Under the pieces are notes generated by a model. It had not been told where the DNA came from and ran no database searches. It worked only from the letters and a program-made list of their open reading frames with translations. From a virus (lineage: Duplodnaviria > Caudoviricetes): a stretch of 34,825 nucleotides of DNA. The position numbers and the translations under genes were made by a program. The stretch covers positions 1 through 34,825 of the IMG/VR virus record IMGVR_UViG_3300031890_000032; one strand, 5' to 3'. Shown here piece by piece: positions 8,717 through 17,689 of this stretch. Positions within the stretch are counted from its first letter, which is position 1, and each line of letters opens with the position of its first letter.

Positions 8717-11700
8717 TTATGGTAGCACGGTTACGATCATGCGAGGCACGCCGGCTTGCAAGCGCATGCCGGGTGTGGCCACGCCGCGCAGCACCGCCGC
8801 AGGCGTACCGGCCACCAGAATCATCCGCGGCGTAGCGGCCACCACATGCAGCGTCAACGGCACCTGTGGCGTGGCCGTAGGCGTACCGAGCCCCGTGGCC
8901 GTGGGCGTACTGCGGGCCGTACTGGTGGCGGTAGCCGGGGGCGTGACCGTCGGCGTAGCGGTAGGCAGCGGCGTGTCGGTAGGCGTGGCCGTGATGGTGC
9001 CCGTCGGGGTGTCCGTCGGGGTGTCCGTTGGCGGTAACGTCGGCGTGACCGTCGGCGTCACGGTCGACGTGCCGGAAGCGGTCGGCGTCGCGGTCGGTGT
9101 GCTGGTCGGCGTTACGGTCGGTGGGATCGGCGTCGGTGTGGTGGTCGGCGTCGGCGAAGCCGCAACGAGGGTCGGCGTGGCGGTCGGTGTGTAGCTCGCG
9201 GTCGGTGTGGTGGTCGGCGTCGGCGCGCACGCCTCGACCCACATCACGGGATGCCAATTAGGGTTGGAGTTCTCCAACGTCGCGATTGATACCTGTGCGG
9301 TGTCACCACGGTTGGGATTCGGCTGCGGCATGAGCAGCGGCACGAACACGCGGATCGCCGTGTAGCCGTGGGTGTTGATGGCGTCGTCGGGATTGGAACT
9401 ACCGCCAGCCGTCAGGTCGAGCGTGAAGCTGTACGTGCCCGATGTGGTCGGTGGCAGCAGCGCAAAGGACACCGGCCCAAAGGCAGTGTGGTCCTGCGCG
9501 CCGGTATAGTCGGTGGTCTGGAAACCGTCCTGTGCTACTGCGTTCATGAACGAGCCCTGCACGTAGCCAGGCCACTGATTGCTCGGAACCGTCTCGCTGG
9601 CGTTGCCGATGTTCAGGTCGAGCATGGCTTGCAAGATGGTGTAGTTGGCCAGCGGCGCGGTGTTGACGCGCATCCACGCCTCGCTGTTCTGCGTGTTGGT
9701 TTTGGTGGACGCCCAGCCCGGCGAGACGATCTCGGCACCGGAGCTGAGCGTCACGGTCCCCGAAACCGTTGGCGACCACGAACCGCCAGGATCGACCACG
9801 GAGGCCAGCACGTCCTCCGTCATCGCCCCGTTGTACCATTGGCAGGCGGGCGGCAACGTTGGCGTCGTCGTGATCGTGGGCGTTACGCTCGGCGTCTCGG
9901 TAATCGTTCCGGTGGCCGTATCGGTCGGCGTGGCGGTGGGCGTGATCGTCGGCGTGGCGGTCGGTGTGTCCGTGCCCGTGTTGGTCGGTGTGGCGGTGGC
10001 GGTCGCGGTACTCGTCGGCGTGGCAGTTGGCGTGAAGGTCACCGTCGGCGTCTGCGTCGGCGTGGCGGTTGCCGTGTTGGTCGGCGTGACAGTTGGCGTC
10101 TGAGACGGCCCTGGTGTGACGGTGGGCGTAATGGTCGGCGTCTGCGTCACCGTGCCGGTCGCGGTCACCGTCGGCGTCTGCGTCGCCGTGGGCGTCTGCG
10201 TCGGTGTGGCCGTTGGGGTTGCCGTCGGCGTGGCCGTCGGGGTGGCGGTCGGAGTGGCGGTCGGTGTGTAGGTGACAGTTGGCGTGGCTGTGGGCGTGGC
10301 TGTGGGCGTCTGAGTTGGCGTATTGGTCGGCGTCGCGGTGGGTGTGCTGGTCGGCGTGTTAGTGGGGGTCGCGGTCGGAGTGCTGGTGGCGGTCGGGGTC
10401 GCGGTCGGTGTGGCTGTCGCGGTAGCGGTGGGCGTCTGCGTCGGCGTGCGCGTCGGTGTCTGCGTGGGACTGCTCGTCGGCGTCGCGGTTGGGGTGACGG
10501 TGGGCGTCGCGGTTGGGGTGACGGTGATGGTCGCCGTGGCCGTCGGCGTCGCAGTGGGGGTTGCCGTCGGCGTCTGCGTTGGTGTGGCCGTCGGGGTCTG
10601 TGTGGGCGTCGCCGTGGGCGTGCTGGTCGGGGTGTTCGTAGGCGTTGCTGTCGGCGTGTAGGTCGCGGTTGGCGTCTGCGTCGGCGTGCTGGTCGGGGTC
10701 TGGGTTGGGGTTGCCGTCGGCGTGGCCGTCGGGGTGGCGGTCGGAGTGGCAGTCGGCGTGTTGGTTGGCGTGTTGGTCGGTGTCGCGGTAGGCGTGCTGG
10801 TCGGTGTCGCGGTGGGGGTCACGGTCGGTGTGTTGGTGATGGTCGGCGTGCGCGTCGGCGTCGCGGTCGGGGTGGCCGTCGGTGTCGCCGTGGGCGTCGC
10901 CGTGGGGGTCGCCGTCGGTGTGTTTGTCGGCGTGTTCGTAGGGGTTAATGTAGGAGTAGCAGTGTTCAATGGCGTCGATGTCGGGGTGAATGTGATGGTG
11001 CTAGTTGGTGTCACCGTTGGCGTTTGCGTAGGGGTCGCGGTCGCTTGGGCGACAGTCACGACGACGTTCGTCGACAGATCGCCAAAGAACGTCGACGTAT
11101 TATAGTTCATCTGCCACTGGAAATTGTAGGTGCCAGGACTTGATGGCGCGTTGATATTAAGCGAGAATGTTTTAGATTGACCGGGAGCGATACTGTCAGA
11201 CGTTCCCAAGAGGACTTGGTTGCTACCCCAAGACTGATTGAACGCGGGGTTCTGACTGATCATCGAGTAGTTCGTGGCCTTGGTCCACGTCGTGTTGCCG
11301 GTGTTCTTAAAGGTCACTGAGACAGACGCGACTTGACTAGGCAGCATGATGTCCGGGGGTGTGACCTGCGATATGAATTGTGCGTTGTCGATCGGGACTG
11401 TATTGGTTACCGTTGGCGTAGCGGTGCTCGTCGCTGTGGGCGTAGCCGTCGGCGTATCCGTCACTGTCCCTGTGTTTGTCACCGTGCCTGTAGCTGTGAC
11501 GGTGGGTGTCGCCGTAGGCGTTGCCGCTGCTACCGTCACGACGACATTCGTGGACATGGCCCCGAAGAACACCGTCGCATCGTACATCTGCCATTGAAAA
11601 TTGTATGTACCGATGCTGGGTGCGGTCACGTTGAAGGTGAATGTCTTGGATTGACCGGGGAGGATGTTCTCGCTGCCGCCGAGGTTGATCTGATTGAAGC

Positions 11701-12736
11701 CCCAGGTGGAATTGTACGCTGGGTTCTGACTGACCAGTGAGTAGGCCGGATAGGTCCAGGGCGTGTTGCCGGTGTTCTTCATCGTCACGGAGACGGAGTA
11801 GACGTTGACCGGCAGCATGACCGAGGGCACGGACTGAGAGATGAACTGCGCATCGTCGATCGCGACGGTGTTCGTGAAGGTTGCCGTGGGCGTTCGAGTT
11901 GGTGTGGACGTCGGAGTCACCGTGGGTGTGTTCGTAGGTGTGTTAGTTATGGTGTATGTAGGTGTAGCCGTCGGAGTTGCTGTTGGCGTGTTTGTTATTG
12001 TATATGTAGATGTTACTGTAGGAGTGCGTGTGGGCGTTGCCGTGATCGTGGGTGTCGGCGTCGGGAGGCAATATTCGATGGTTAACCATGGTATCTGATT
12101 GGATATGCCAACGGTAGACGTCGCGATATAGATGTAGGTGGTGCCGGTAGTAGGTGCAACGCCGCCCGGTCGAGAAGCCACGAGGCGTATGTCGGTGTTC
12201 CCACTACCCTTGACGATGCTGCCTAGATTTGATAAGGTGTAATTCTCCTCACCGGTTGCTACGCTAGATAGTGGCGCTGCAACATCGAATGCGACAACGC
12301 CGGCTGGTGCGGATACCCAGTCTGCGCTTCCAAGCGGTGTGCCGCCGGTGAAGTAGCGGGCGCTGAGAGTGGTGTCGGTGTTACTGGCGGCAGTGGCACC
12401 GACGAAGATATGCATCCATGCTGTCGCGATCGTTGCTGTTGATGGGATGGATGCGCCGGTTGGGAACCTGGCAACGTAGTTCTCTGAGGTGTACGTTGGA
12501 GCCGAACTAGACCAAGACGCCTGCACGTAGTTGGCATTGCCCGAGACGAAGGTGGTCGCACTGCCGGGCCAGGTATTGCTCTGCGACGTGGGGAAGCCGT
12601 CGCCGGCAGCTGGCGTGATCGTGACGAAGCTGCACGAGCCGTTCCAGGGCGTGGGTGTGGCGGTCTGTGCACTGGCCCGCTGGCCGCCCAGCAGCACGCC
12701 GAGCAGCACCAGGGCTGCAGCGACTCGGCGTGCCAT
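8717..12736 (-). CDS. Large secreted mucin-like Thr/Pro-rich protein (~1339 aa): DNRLRE/CBM96-like domain, two NBR1-Ig-like domains, ~400-aa TPT stalk, second diverged DNRLRE-like domain
   Basis: Start reassigned to ATG 12736 ([23 protein letters not shown]|Q), since the longer track ORF overlaps the upstream gene. NBR1-Ig-like motif (AQFISQ..P....S.SVT.KNTGNT.W...PGQSKTF....AP...GTYNFQWQM...FFG) at ~11530-11860 and ~11055-11390. Confidence 0.9.
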   Translation of the reverse strand: MARRVAAALVLLGVLLGGQRASAQTATPTPWNGSCSFVTITPAAGDGFPTSQSNTWPGSATTFVSGNANYVQASWSSSAPTYTSENYVARFPTGASIPSTATIATAWMHIFVGATAASNTDTTLSARYFTGGTPLGSADWVSAPAGVVAFDVAAPLSSVATGEENYTLSNLGSIVKGSGNTDIRLVASRPGGVAPTTGTTYIYIATSTVGISNQIPWLTIEYCLPTPTPTITATPTRTPTVTSTYTITNTPTATPTATPTYTITNTPTNTPTVTPTSTPTRTPTATFTNTVAIDDAQFISQSVPSVMLPVNVYSVSVTMKNTGNTPWTYPAYSLVSQNPAYNSTWGFNQINLGGSENILPGQSKTFTFNVTAPSIGTYNFQWQMYDATVFFGAMSTNVVVTVAAATPTATPTVTATGTVTNTGTVTDTPTATPTATSTATPTVTNTVPIDNAQFISQVTPPDIMLPSQVASVSVTFKNTGNTTWTKATNYSMISQNPAFNQSWGSNQVLLGTSDSIAPGQSKTFSLNINAPSSPGTYNFQWQMNYNTSTFFGDLSTNVVVTVAQATATPTQTPTVTPTSTITFTPTSTPLNTATPTLTPTNTPTNTPTATPTATPTATPTATPTATPTRTPTITNTPTVTPTATPTSTPTATPTNTPTNTPTATPTATPTATPTATPTQTPTSTPTQTPTATYTPTATPTNTPTSTPTATPTQTPTATPTQTPTATPTATPTATATITVTPTATPTVTPTATPTSSPTQTPTRTPTQTPTATATATPTATPTATSTPTATPTNTPTSTPTATPTNTPTQTPTATPTATPTVTYTPTATPTATPTATPTATPTATPTQTPTATQTPTVTATGTVTQTPTITPTVTPGPSQTPTVTPTNTATATPTQTPTVTFTPTATPTSTATATATPTNTGTDTPTATPTITPTATPTDTATGTITETPSVTPTITTTPTLPPACQWYNGAMTEDVLASVVDPGGSWSPTVSGTVTLSSGAEIVSPGWASTKTNTQNSEAWMRVNTAPLANYTILQAMLDLNIGNASETVPSNQWPGYVQGSFMNAVAQDGFQTTDYTGAQDHTAFGPVSFALLPPTTSGTYSFTLDLTAGGSSNPDDAINTHGYTAIRVFVPLLMPQPNPNRGDTAQVSIATLENSNPNWHPVMWVEACAPTPTTTPTASYTPTATPTLVAASPTPTTTPTPIPPTVTPTSTPTATPTASGTSTVTPTVTPTLPPTDTPTDTPTGTITATPTDTPLPTATPTVTPPATATSTARSTPTATGLGTPTATPQVPLTLHVVAATPRMILVAGTPAAVLRGVATPGMRLQAGVPRMIVTVLP
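9860..11050 (-). repeat. Low-complexity coding repeat (TPT[A/Q/N/S/V])n, ~12-nt period
   Basis: About 400 codons of TPTA-type tetrapeptides; includes an exact 47-nt duplication at 10212-10258 and 10704-10750. Confidence 0.95.
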
Positions 12737-12843
12737 GCGCGCCCGGCTCAGTGCATCCGCCAGTACATCGGCATGACGCCGACCAGGCCGAGGACGGCGA
12801 GGATGATGAGCACCGTCAGCAGCAGGAGGTAGCATTGCCTCTA

Positions 12844-13326
12844 TCACTGCGCTACGGTCCAGTCGATGATGTAATACACCGCCCGTATTGCGTCGCCAGG
12901 GTCTGGCGCGGTACCCAGACGCAGCCGCTCTTCCAGCGTACCGTCGGTCAGCGTGGCGCGGTACAGCCAATACGCTCCGGGCGGAATAGCCGTGCCGGGG
13001 TCGAGTTCCGCGCCAGTGGCCGGATCCCGGTCGGGGGACTCGAACGGCAACAGCTCCACGCGGTTCCACAGCACGTACAGCAACGGCCCCGGCTGGCGCA
13101 GCACCAGGTCCTGGTTAGGGATGGCGTACTCCGTCAGCGCCGTGGGGTACGGCAGCTGCTCCGCAGGCTGAAGCGTCAAGTTCCCACGGAAGAAGCCCCC
13201 CAGCACGTTCTCCGCTGCACCGGCAGCTTGCAACCTGGTGTCCATGGCGCTGGCCGCAATAGGGGCTTGCCGGCTGTAGGGTCCCGTCAGCGTCAGGCGC
13301 TGGTTGGTGGGGCGTTGGCTCGTCAT
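12844..13326 (-). CDS. Hypothetical protein (160 aa), no signal peptide
   Basis: ATGA overlap with the upstream gene, co-oriented, normal composition. Confidence 0.75.
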   Translation of the reverse strand: MTSQRPTNQRLTLTGPYSRQAPIAASAMDTRLQAAGAAENVLGGFFRGNLTLQPAEQLPYPTALTEYAIPNQDLVLRQPGPLLYVLWNRVELLPFESPDRDPATGAELDPGTAIPPGAYWLYRATLTDGTLEERLRLGTAPDPGDAIRAVYYIIDWTVAQ

Positions 13327-15629
13327 TGGCCGGTGCCCAGCAACGCCGTCAAGGTGGTGCTACACGCCGTCAGCGCTTTGCCCAGCGTCTCGCCGGGGTT
13401 GGGCGTGTTGTCAGCCATCACGCTGCCTGCCGTGGTGCTACTGCGAATCAGCAGGTCACCGGGAGTCACCGTGCCATCGCAGGGAACGCCACTGATGCTG
13501 CCCGTGGTCTGAATGTCGCCGATGTTCCCTGCCGTAATGCTCGCCACCGCTACCCCAAGCGCCAGGCGGGCAGTGCCGCTCGTCGAGCACGTACCCACTC
13601 CGGCCGCACCGTTAGCGCACACCACACGCCCACCCACGATAGTGGACCCGGTGGTGTTCGTCATCACCACCCAGCTGGGCGTATGTTGCTCGGTGCCGTC
13701 GATGTACGCCAGCAGCGTACCGGTTTGCAAAATCTCAGTGCCTTGCCAGAAGTTGGAAAAGACCACGTCGCTCGAAGAGTTTGATCCGGTCAGCGTCGTC
13801 AGGATGCCGTACTTACCAGTGCCCGCCCCAGTTGACTCCGCCCAGTTGTCGATGAGGAACAAGTTGATGAACGACGTAGCCGCACCACTCGTGAATGTGA
13901 TCTGCCCGCACGTAGAGGACGCTTGGCACCCGTTGAGCGTGTTGTCGCGCACCGTAACATCTGTAACCAAGCCGCCTGCACTCGCAGAGAACACGATGGC
14001 AGCGTTCGGCACATTGCGGATGACGTTCCCGAAAACACCCTGCGTCGAAACCAAGCCGCCGTTGGTACTGAGCACGATGCCATACGCATTGCCGCTGGGG
14101 TTGACGCCGGGGATGATGTTATCGACCACCTGAGTGGTCTTGCCTTCGCTCAGCTCGATGCCCGCTGCCGTGCCGGTAATGGCGGGGCACCCCGTCAGAC
14201 TGCCGATGTTGTTGTCCTGGATCACGCTGTTGCTGGCATTCTGCACGTACACACCGCGCGAGTTCGACAAGGCCGACCGTGACCCAAAGCACTCCAGGCG
14301 GTTGCCGGCAATCACCATAGCGTCGTGCATCTTGGCCGTAGTGAACCGAATGCCGTCGGAGCCGCTGAGCCGGATAAATCCGTTGGTGACGGTCACGTGG
14401 CCCATGTTTTCGGTAGTCGGGTTGGATGCCGGGTCGCCTACCGCACCCGTGGGCGTGCCCAGACTGTTGCTGCACTGGTTGGTGGTAAAGCCGTCTAGCG
14501 TGACCCACCCGCTGACGGGTGCCAGGCTGGTGGTGCCTCCGATCACGATGCAGCTACTGCCTGCCGTGTTGACGTCCACGTTCTGTAGCTGCGCGCCCGC
14601 TACCGCATGCACGCCGTAGATGCTCGCGTAGTACACTCGCAGGTTGCTCGCATAGATGGGTTGGCCAGGGTTGCCCGCGCCGCCCGTGTAACCTTGACCA
14701 ACAAGGTACACGCCGTCGGCCTGGCTGCTGCCCGTAAATGCTGGCCGAGGCCCCCAGCCGCTGTTGGTGGGGTCGCCCACCTGAATGTCATCAACGATGC
14801 CTTGGGACTGCTGCACGTCCACACCACCGCCCAGCGGCCCGATGATCGTCAGGTGCTCCAGGCGCAAGTTATTCACGCGCCAGGCCACCACGCGCGCCAC
14901 GCGCGGGTCGGTTTGCCCACCGGCAGAGGGTGCCCAGGAAATGCTACTCTGCGATCGGTTGTCAATGTAGCAGTTGCGCACCGTGATGTTGTTGATCGCC
15001 AAGGCATACGCACCGGGTGCAATGAAGTTGATCTTGATAGGTGCATCTGTGAACGTGCTGGCAGTTTGCAACTGGGCGTTCTGGCAGTCCAGTTCAGTGT
15101 TGGCGCGGCCGATCGTGATGGCCGTGGACTGTACCGCCGTTTTCGGCGGAATGGTCACGCGGCACCAGCTGCCGCTGCCCACTTGAGTGTTGCAGTCGGC
15201 CAGCGCGGCGTTCACCTGCGCGCCGATGTCTGCACCAGGGTACGCGCCCGCGTTGAGCGTGTAGTTGAGCACCTTGTTGTTATTGAGGACCACCATGTCG
15301 CCAGCGCCGGCTTTGTTGTTCAGCATGGTGACGAGATCGTTCGGCGGGCCACCCGCCAGGCAGCCGCTGCCCGTGCCCGCGCCGGTGCAGCAGGCATACG
15401 GTGCGCCCGTCCCCGTACATTCAGACACCACCGTGGACGTAAGGCCGAGCGCGTGCTGCATGGCAAACAGGGCGCTGTTCTGCGTGTTGTGCGCGCCGCT
15501 GGTTATGGTGTCCCCAGGGCCCACCACCGGCAGGTTGGTGGTGTTGTCGTATCCACCGGGAAAGTTGGTCTGCGCCTGACTCACCGCAGCCCACAGCACC
15601 ACCAGCAGCAACAGCAGTTTGAGTTTCAT
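13323..15629 (-). CDS. Tailspike-like parallel beta-helix (pectin-lyase-like fold) protein with signal peptide (768 aa)
   Basis: AAAGGAGG RBS; MKLKLLLLLVVLWAAVSQA|Q. YPGADIGAQVNAALA precedes repeated N.I.N/GI.L rungs (residues ~130-640). The C-terminal LGVAV...G.I...G.V.PGDLL...G..LGKAL resembles DUF2190/cement or spike C-terminal chaperone-type domains. One Cys module near the N-terminus. Confidence 0.85.
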   Translation of the reverse strand: MKLKLLLLLVVLWAAVSQAQTNFPGGYDNTTNLPVVGPGDTITSGAHNTQNSALFAMQHALGLTSTVVSECTGTGAPYACCTGAGTGSGCLAGGPPNDLVTMLNNKAGAGDMVVLNNNKVLNYTLNAGAYPGADIGAQVNAALADCNTQVGSGSWCRVTIPPKTAVQSTAITIGRANTELDCQNAQLQTASTFTDAPIKINFIAPGAYALAINNITVRNCYIDNRSQSSISWAPSAGGQTDPRVARVVAWRVNNLRLEHLTIIGPLGGGVDVQQSQGIVDDIQVGDPTNSGWGPRPAFTGSSQADGVYLVGQGYTGGAGNPGQPIYASNLRVYYASIYGVHAVAGAQLQNVDVNTAGSSCIVIGGTTSLAPVSGWVTLDGFTTNQCSNSLGTPTGAVGDPASNPTTENMGHVTVTNGFIRLSGSDGIRFTTAKMHDAMVIAGNRLECFGSRSALSNSRGVYVQNASNSVIQDNNIGSLTGCPAITGTAAGIELSEGKTTQVVDNIIPGVNPSGNAYGIVLSTNGGLVSTQGVFGNVIRNVPNAAIVFSASAGGLVTDVTVRDNTLNGCQASSTCGQITFTSGAATSFINLFLIDNWAESTGAGTGKYGILTTLTGSNSSSDVVFSNFWQGTEILQTGTLLAYIDGTEQHTPSWVVMTNTTGSTIVGGRVVCANGAAGVGTCSTSGTARLALGVAVASITAGNIGDIQTTGSISGVPCDGTVTPGDLLIRSSTTAGSVMADNTPNPGETLGKALTACSTTLTALLGTGQ

Positions 15630-15641
15630 CGGTCCTCCTTT

Positions 15642-16589
15642 TTACCCCGGTACGCACTCAGCGGGCAGCACGCGCACCGAGAACAGCATCTTATCGGTCT
15701 TGGCGGCAAAGCCGCGTATCTGTAGCTCCACCAGAATCGGCCCGCCCTGCGTTGGGTCCGGCGTGCCGAAGATCAGCCCAGGATTGGCGGCAAACGGATC
15801 AATGATCCAGATGGCCGTGTGGGTGTGCGTCTCGGGAAACGCCGTCTCGTACCCCACACGCAACGGGTCGGCGTCCGTCGGTGGTATGTACCCGTTCAGC
15901 GCCACAACCAGCTTGGTGTTATCAGCCCGATCCTTGGGCACAAAGTTGTTGTCTTTGATCGCCGACACCAGCCCATCCTGACCGTTGACTTCTAACGTGA
16001 CCAGCAGCCGCTCGCCAGGGTACACGCACACCGCTGCCTTGGCGTCCGGCACTGGAATCCATGCCGTGCGGCTGTGCGCCTCGTACCCGTTGGGAGCCAT
16101 CGACACGCCGTACACCGGGTGTGGGCGGGCGTCCACGGTGGCATGTAAGTCGGTGAACCCTGTGCCGATCCAGTGCAACGGCACCACCCCTTGCGGCGGA
16201 AAGTCGCGCACGGGGTCGTAAATCTGGATCATGCCTAGCTGCTCGTCGGCGTTGCTGGCCAACATGGCCAGCAGCAAGTCTTTGTCCTTATCGACGTTCA
16301 CCGAACGAGTACCCTGCCGGCAGCGCGTGCCTACCCGCAGGGCGCGCACCGGTTGCGTGCTGGGCTCGAACAGGTACGTATCCACGTCCTTGACTTCGAC
16401 AAACAGGTCATCGCCATCCAGCGTGGCGGAGATATCGCCGCCGTCGATCCAGATGGCGCGGCCCAGTACGTCGCCGGCCAACCAGCGCGCTGCCTCAGAC
16501 AGCTGCTGGATTACCGTGTTAATCGCAACGGCGTCCAGCAGACTGCCATTCTGTATGGCCTCCGCAGCGGGTAAGTATTCGAGGCTCAT
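15642..16589 (-). CDS. Minor tail/baseplate protein, paralogue 3 (~315 aa)
   Basis: Start MSLEYLP at 16589 (ATGA overlap). Shares VPL.W...D.RP.P and a downstream PG motif with its neighbours; position after hub. Confidence 0.7.
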   Translation of the reverse strand: MSLEYLPAAEAIQNGSLLDAVAINTVIQQLSEAARWLAGDVLGRAIWIDGGDISATLDGDDLFVEVKDVDTYLFEPSTQPVRALRVGTRCRQGTRSVNVDKDKDLLLAMLASNADEQLGMIQIYDPVRDFPPQGVVPLHWIGTGFTDLHATVDARPHPVYGVSMAPNGYEAHSRTAWIPVPDAKAAVCVYPGERLLVTLEVNGQDGLVSAIKDNNFVPKDRADNTKLVVALNGYIPPTDADPLRVGYETAFPETHTHTAIWIIDPFAANPGLIFGTPDPTQGGPILVELQIRGFAAKTDKMLFSVRVLPAECVPG

Positions 16590-17689
16590 TTCGTCTTCGA
16601 TATGCCGCCGGTCACCGCAAACTGCGGCTGCGGCGCAACCAACCGTGCCCACACTTGGGGGAACCGCACATCCACTTTGTACTGCCGCGCCTGCCCCTGT
16701 GGAATCAAATAGGCGGGGCAGATGTCGTGTATGGCATTCACCAGGCTCTTGTACGCTGCCCGCAGGTACAGCGTCTGCTTCTGGGTGTTCTGTGCGTGGT
16801 CGGCAATGGCCTGCGTCTGCGCAACGTCCAACCCGTTGAACGCCTCGACGCCCGCTTCCTCGCTGAGGTTGGTGCTCAACGCGCTGTTGATGTAGTGGGC
16901 CAGGGACTTCTGCAGCGTGTAGTCCTGCGGGTTCTGTATGTTGTTACCGAACGGCACGTCGCCATGCTTTTCGTCGATAGCGTCTTCGTACGGCAGCATA
17001 TACGTCACCGCAGTGCACACTTCAAACACTGCGCCCACGGGCGCGTACAGCCAGATGCGGTAGTCCCGCGCAATGGACCACCCATTGTCGATGTCCGCAC
17101 TGTACTGCGGCGTGGTCAGGTACGTGACGTTCTTGTCCACGTACAGAATCTGGCCAGGGCGGCGGCGCAGGTCGATCAACCCGTTCCAGCCTGCGCCAGC
17201 TATCATCGCCGCCACGGGTACCGCCACGTTGGCCACGTCGGGCACTTCCATGTAGGTGGTCTTGCGTTGCAGGCTCGGTGCCGTGATGGGGTACGGCACG
17301 ATGGTGCCCATACCGCGCTGGACTATGAATCCCAGGAAGGTGCCGATCACTGTTGGAGTAGCTGGAACGCCAGTCACAGTCTGCTGAGCCGAAACCGCCC
17401 GCAGGGCCACGCGGTCTTGTTGCAGCACTTCTTCCAGGCCCCACGCCTCCATCGGCTGCACTTGCGCGACATCTGGACTGATGGACATCAGCGCCGTCGC
17501 GCCGCCTTGCACCCACACCGGCCCGTACCGGTCAGCCAGCAGCGTACCGGGGCGGCTCTTGGCCCAGCGCACCAAGTTCCACTGCGCGTACGGGTCCACG
17601 GGGCTGATCACCGTGCCGGGCACCGGGCTGGTCGCGTCGGTGTACGTGTTCTGCAACCGCACCGGCGTATCGTCAACTGGCGTGCTCAT
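16586..17689 (-). CDS. Minor tail/baseplate protein, paralogue 2 (~367 aa)
   Basis: Start MSTPVDD at 17689 (ATGA overlap); VPVAAM...IDLRRRP motif. Confidence 0.7.
   Translation of the reverse strand: MSTPVDDTPVRLQNTYTDATSPVPGTVISPVDPYAQWNLVRWAKSRPGTLLADRYGPVWVQGGATALMSISPDVAQVQPMEAWGLEEVLQQDRVALRAVSAQQTVTGVPATPTVIGTFLGFIVQRGMGTIVPYPITAPSLQRKTTYMEVPDVANVAVPVAAMIAGAGWNGLIDLRRRPGQILYVDKNVTYLTTPQYSADIDNGWSIARDYRIWLYAPVGAVFEVCTAVTYMLPYEDAIDEKHGDVPFGNNIQNPQDYTLQKSLAHYINSALSTNLSEEAGVEAFNGLDVAQTQAIADHAQNTQKQTLYLRAAYKSLVNAIHDICPAYLIPQGQARQYKVDVRFPQVWARLVAPQPQFAVTGGISKTK

Noticed and set aside
9860-11050. CRISPR-like array
   Set aside because: Degenerate 12-nt coding periodicity without constant repeats and unique spacers.
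29-12098. Many long plus-strand ORFs rich in VGVAV or GRRR
   Set aside because: Antisense shadows of the Thr/Pro-rich minus-strand genes, all in the expected frames, with no independent RBS or domain signal.
12737-13069. N-terminal 111 aa of the 1450-aa track ORF
   Set aside because: Overlaps the 160-aa gene in another frame; the signal peptide begins at ATG 12736.
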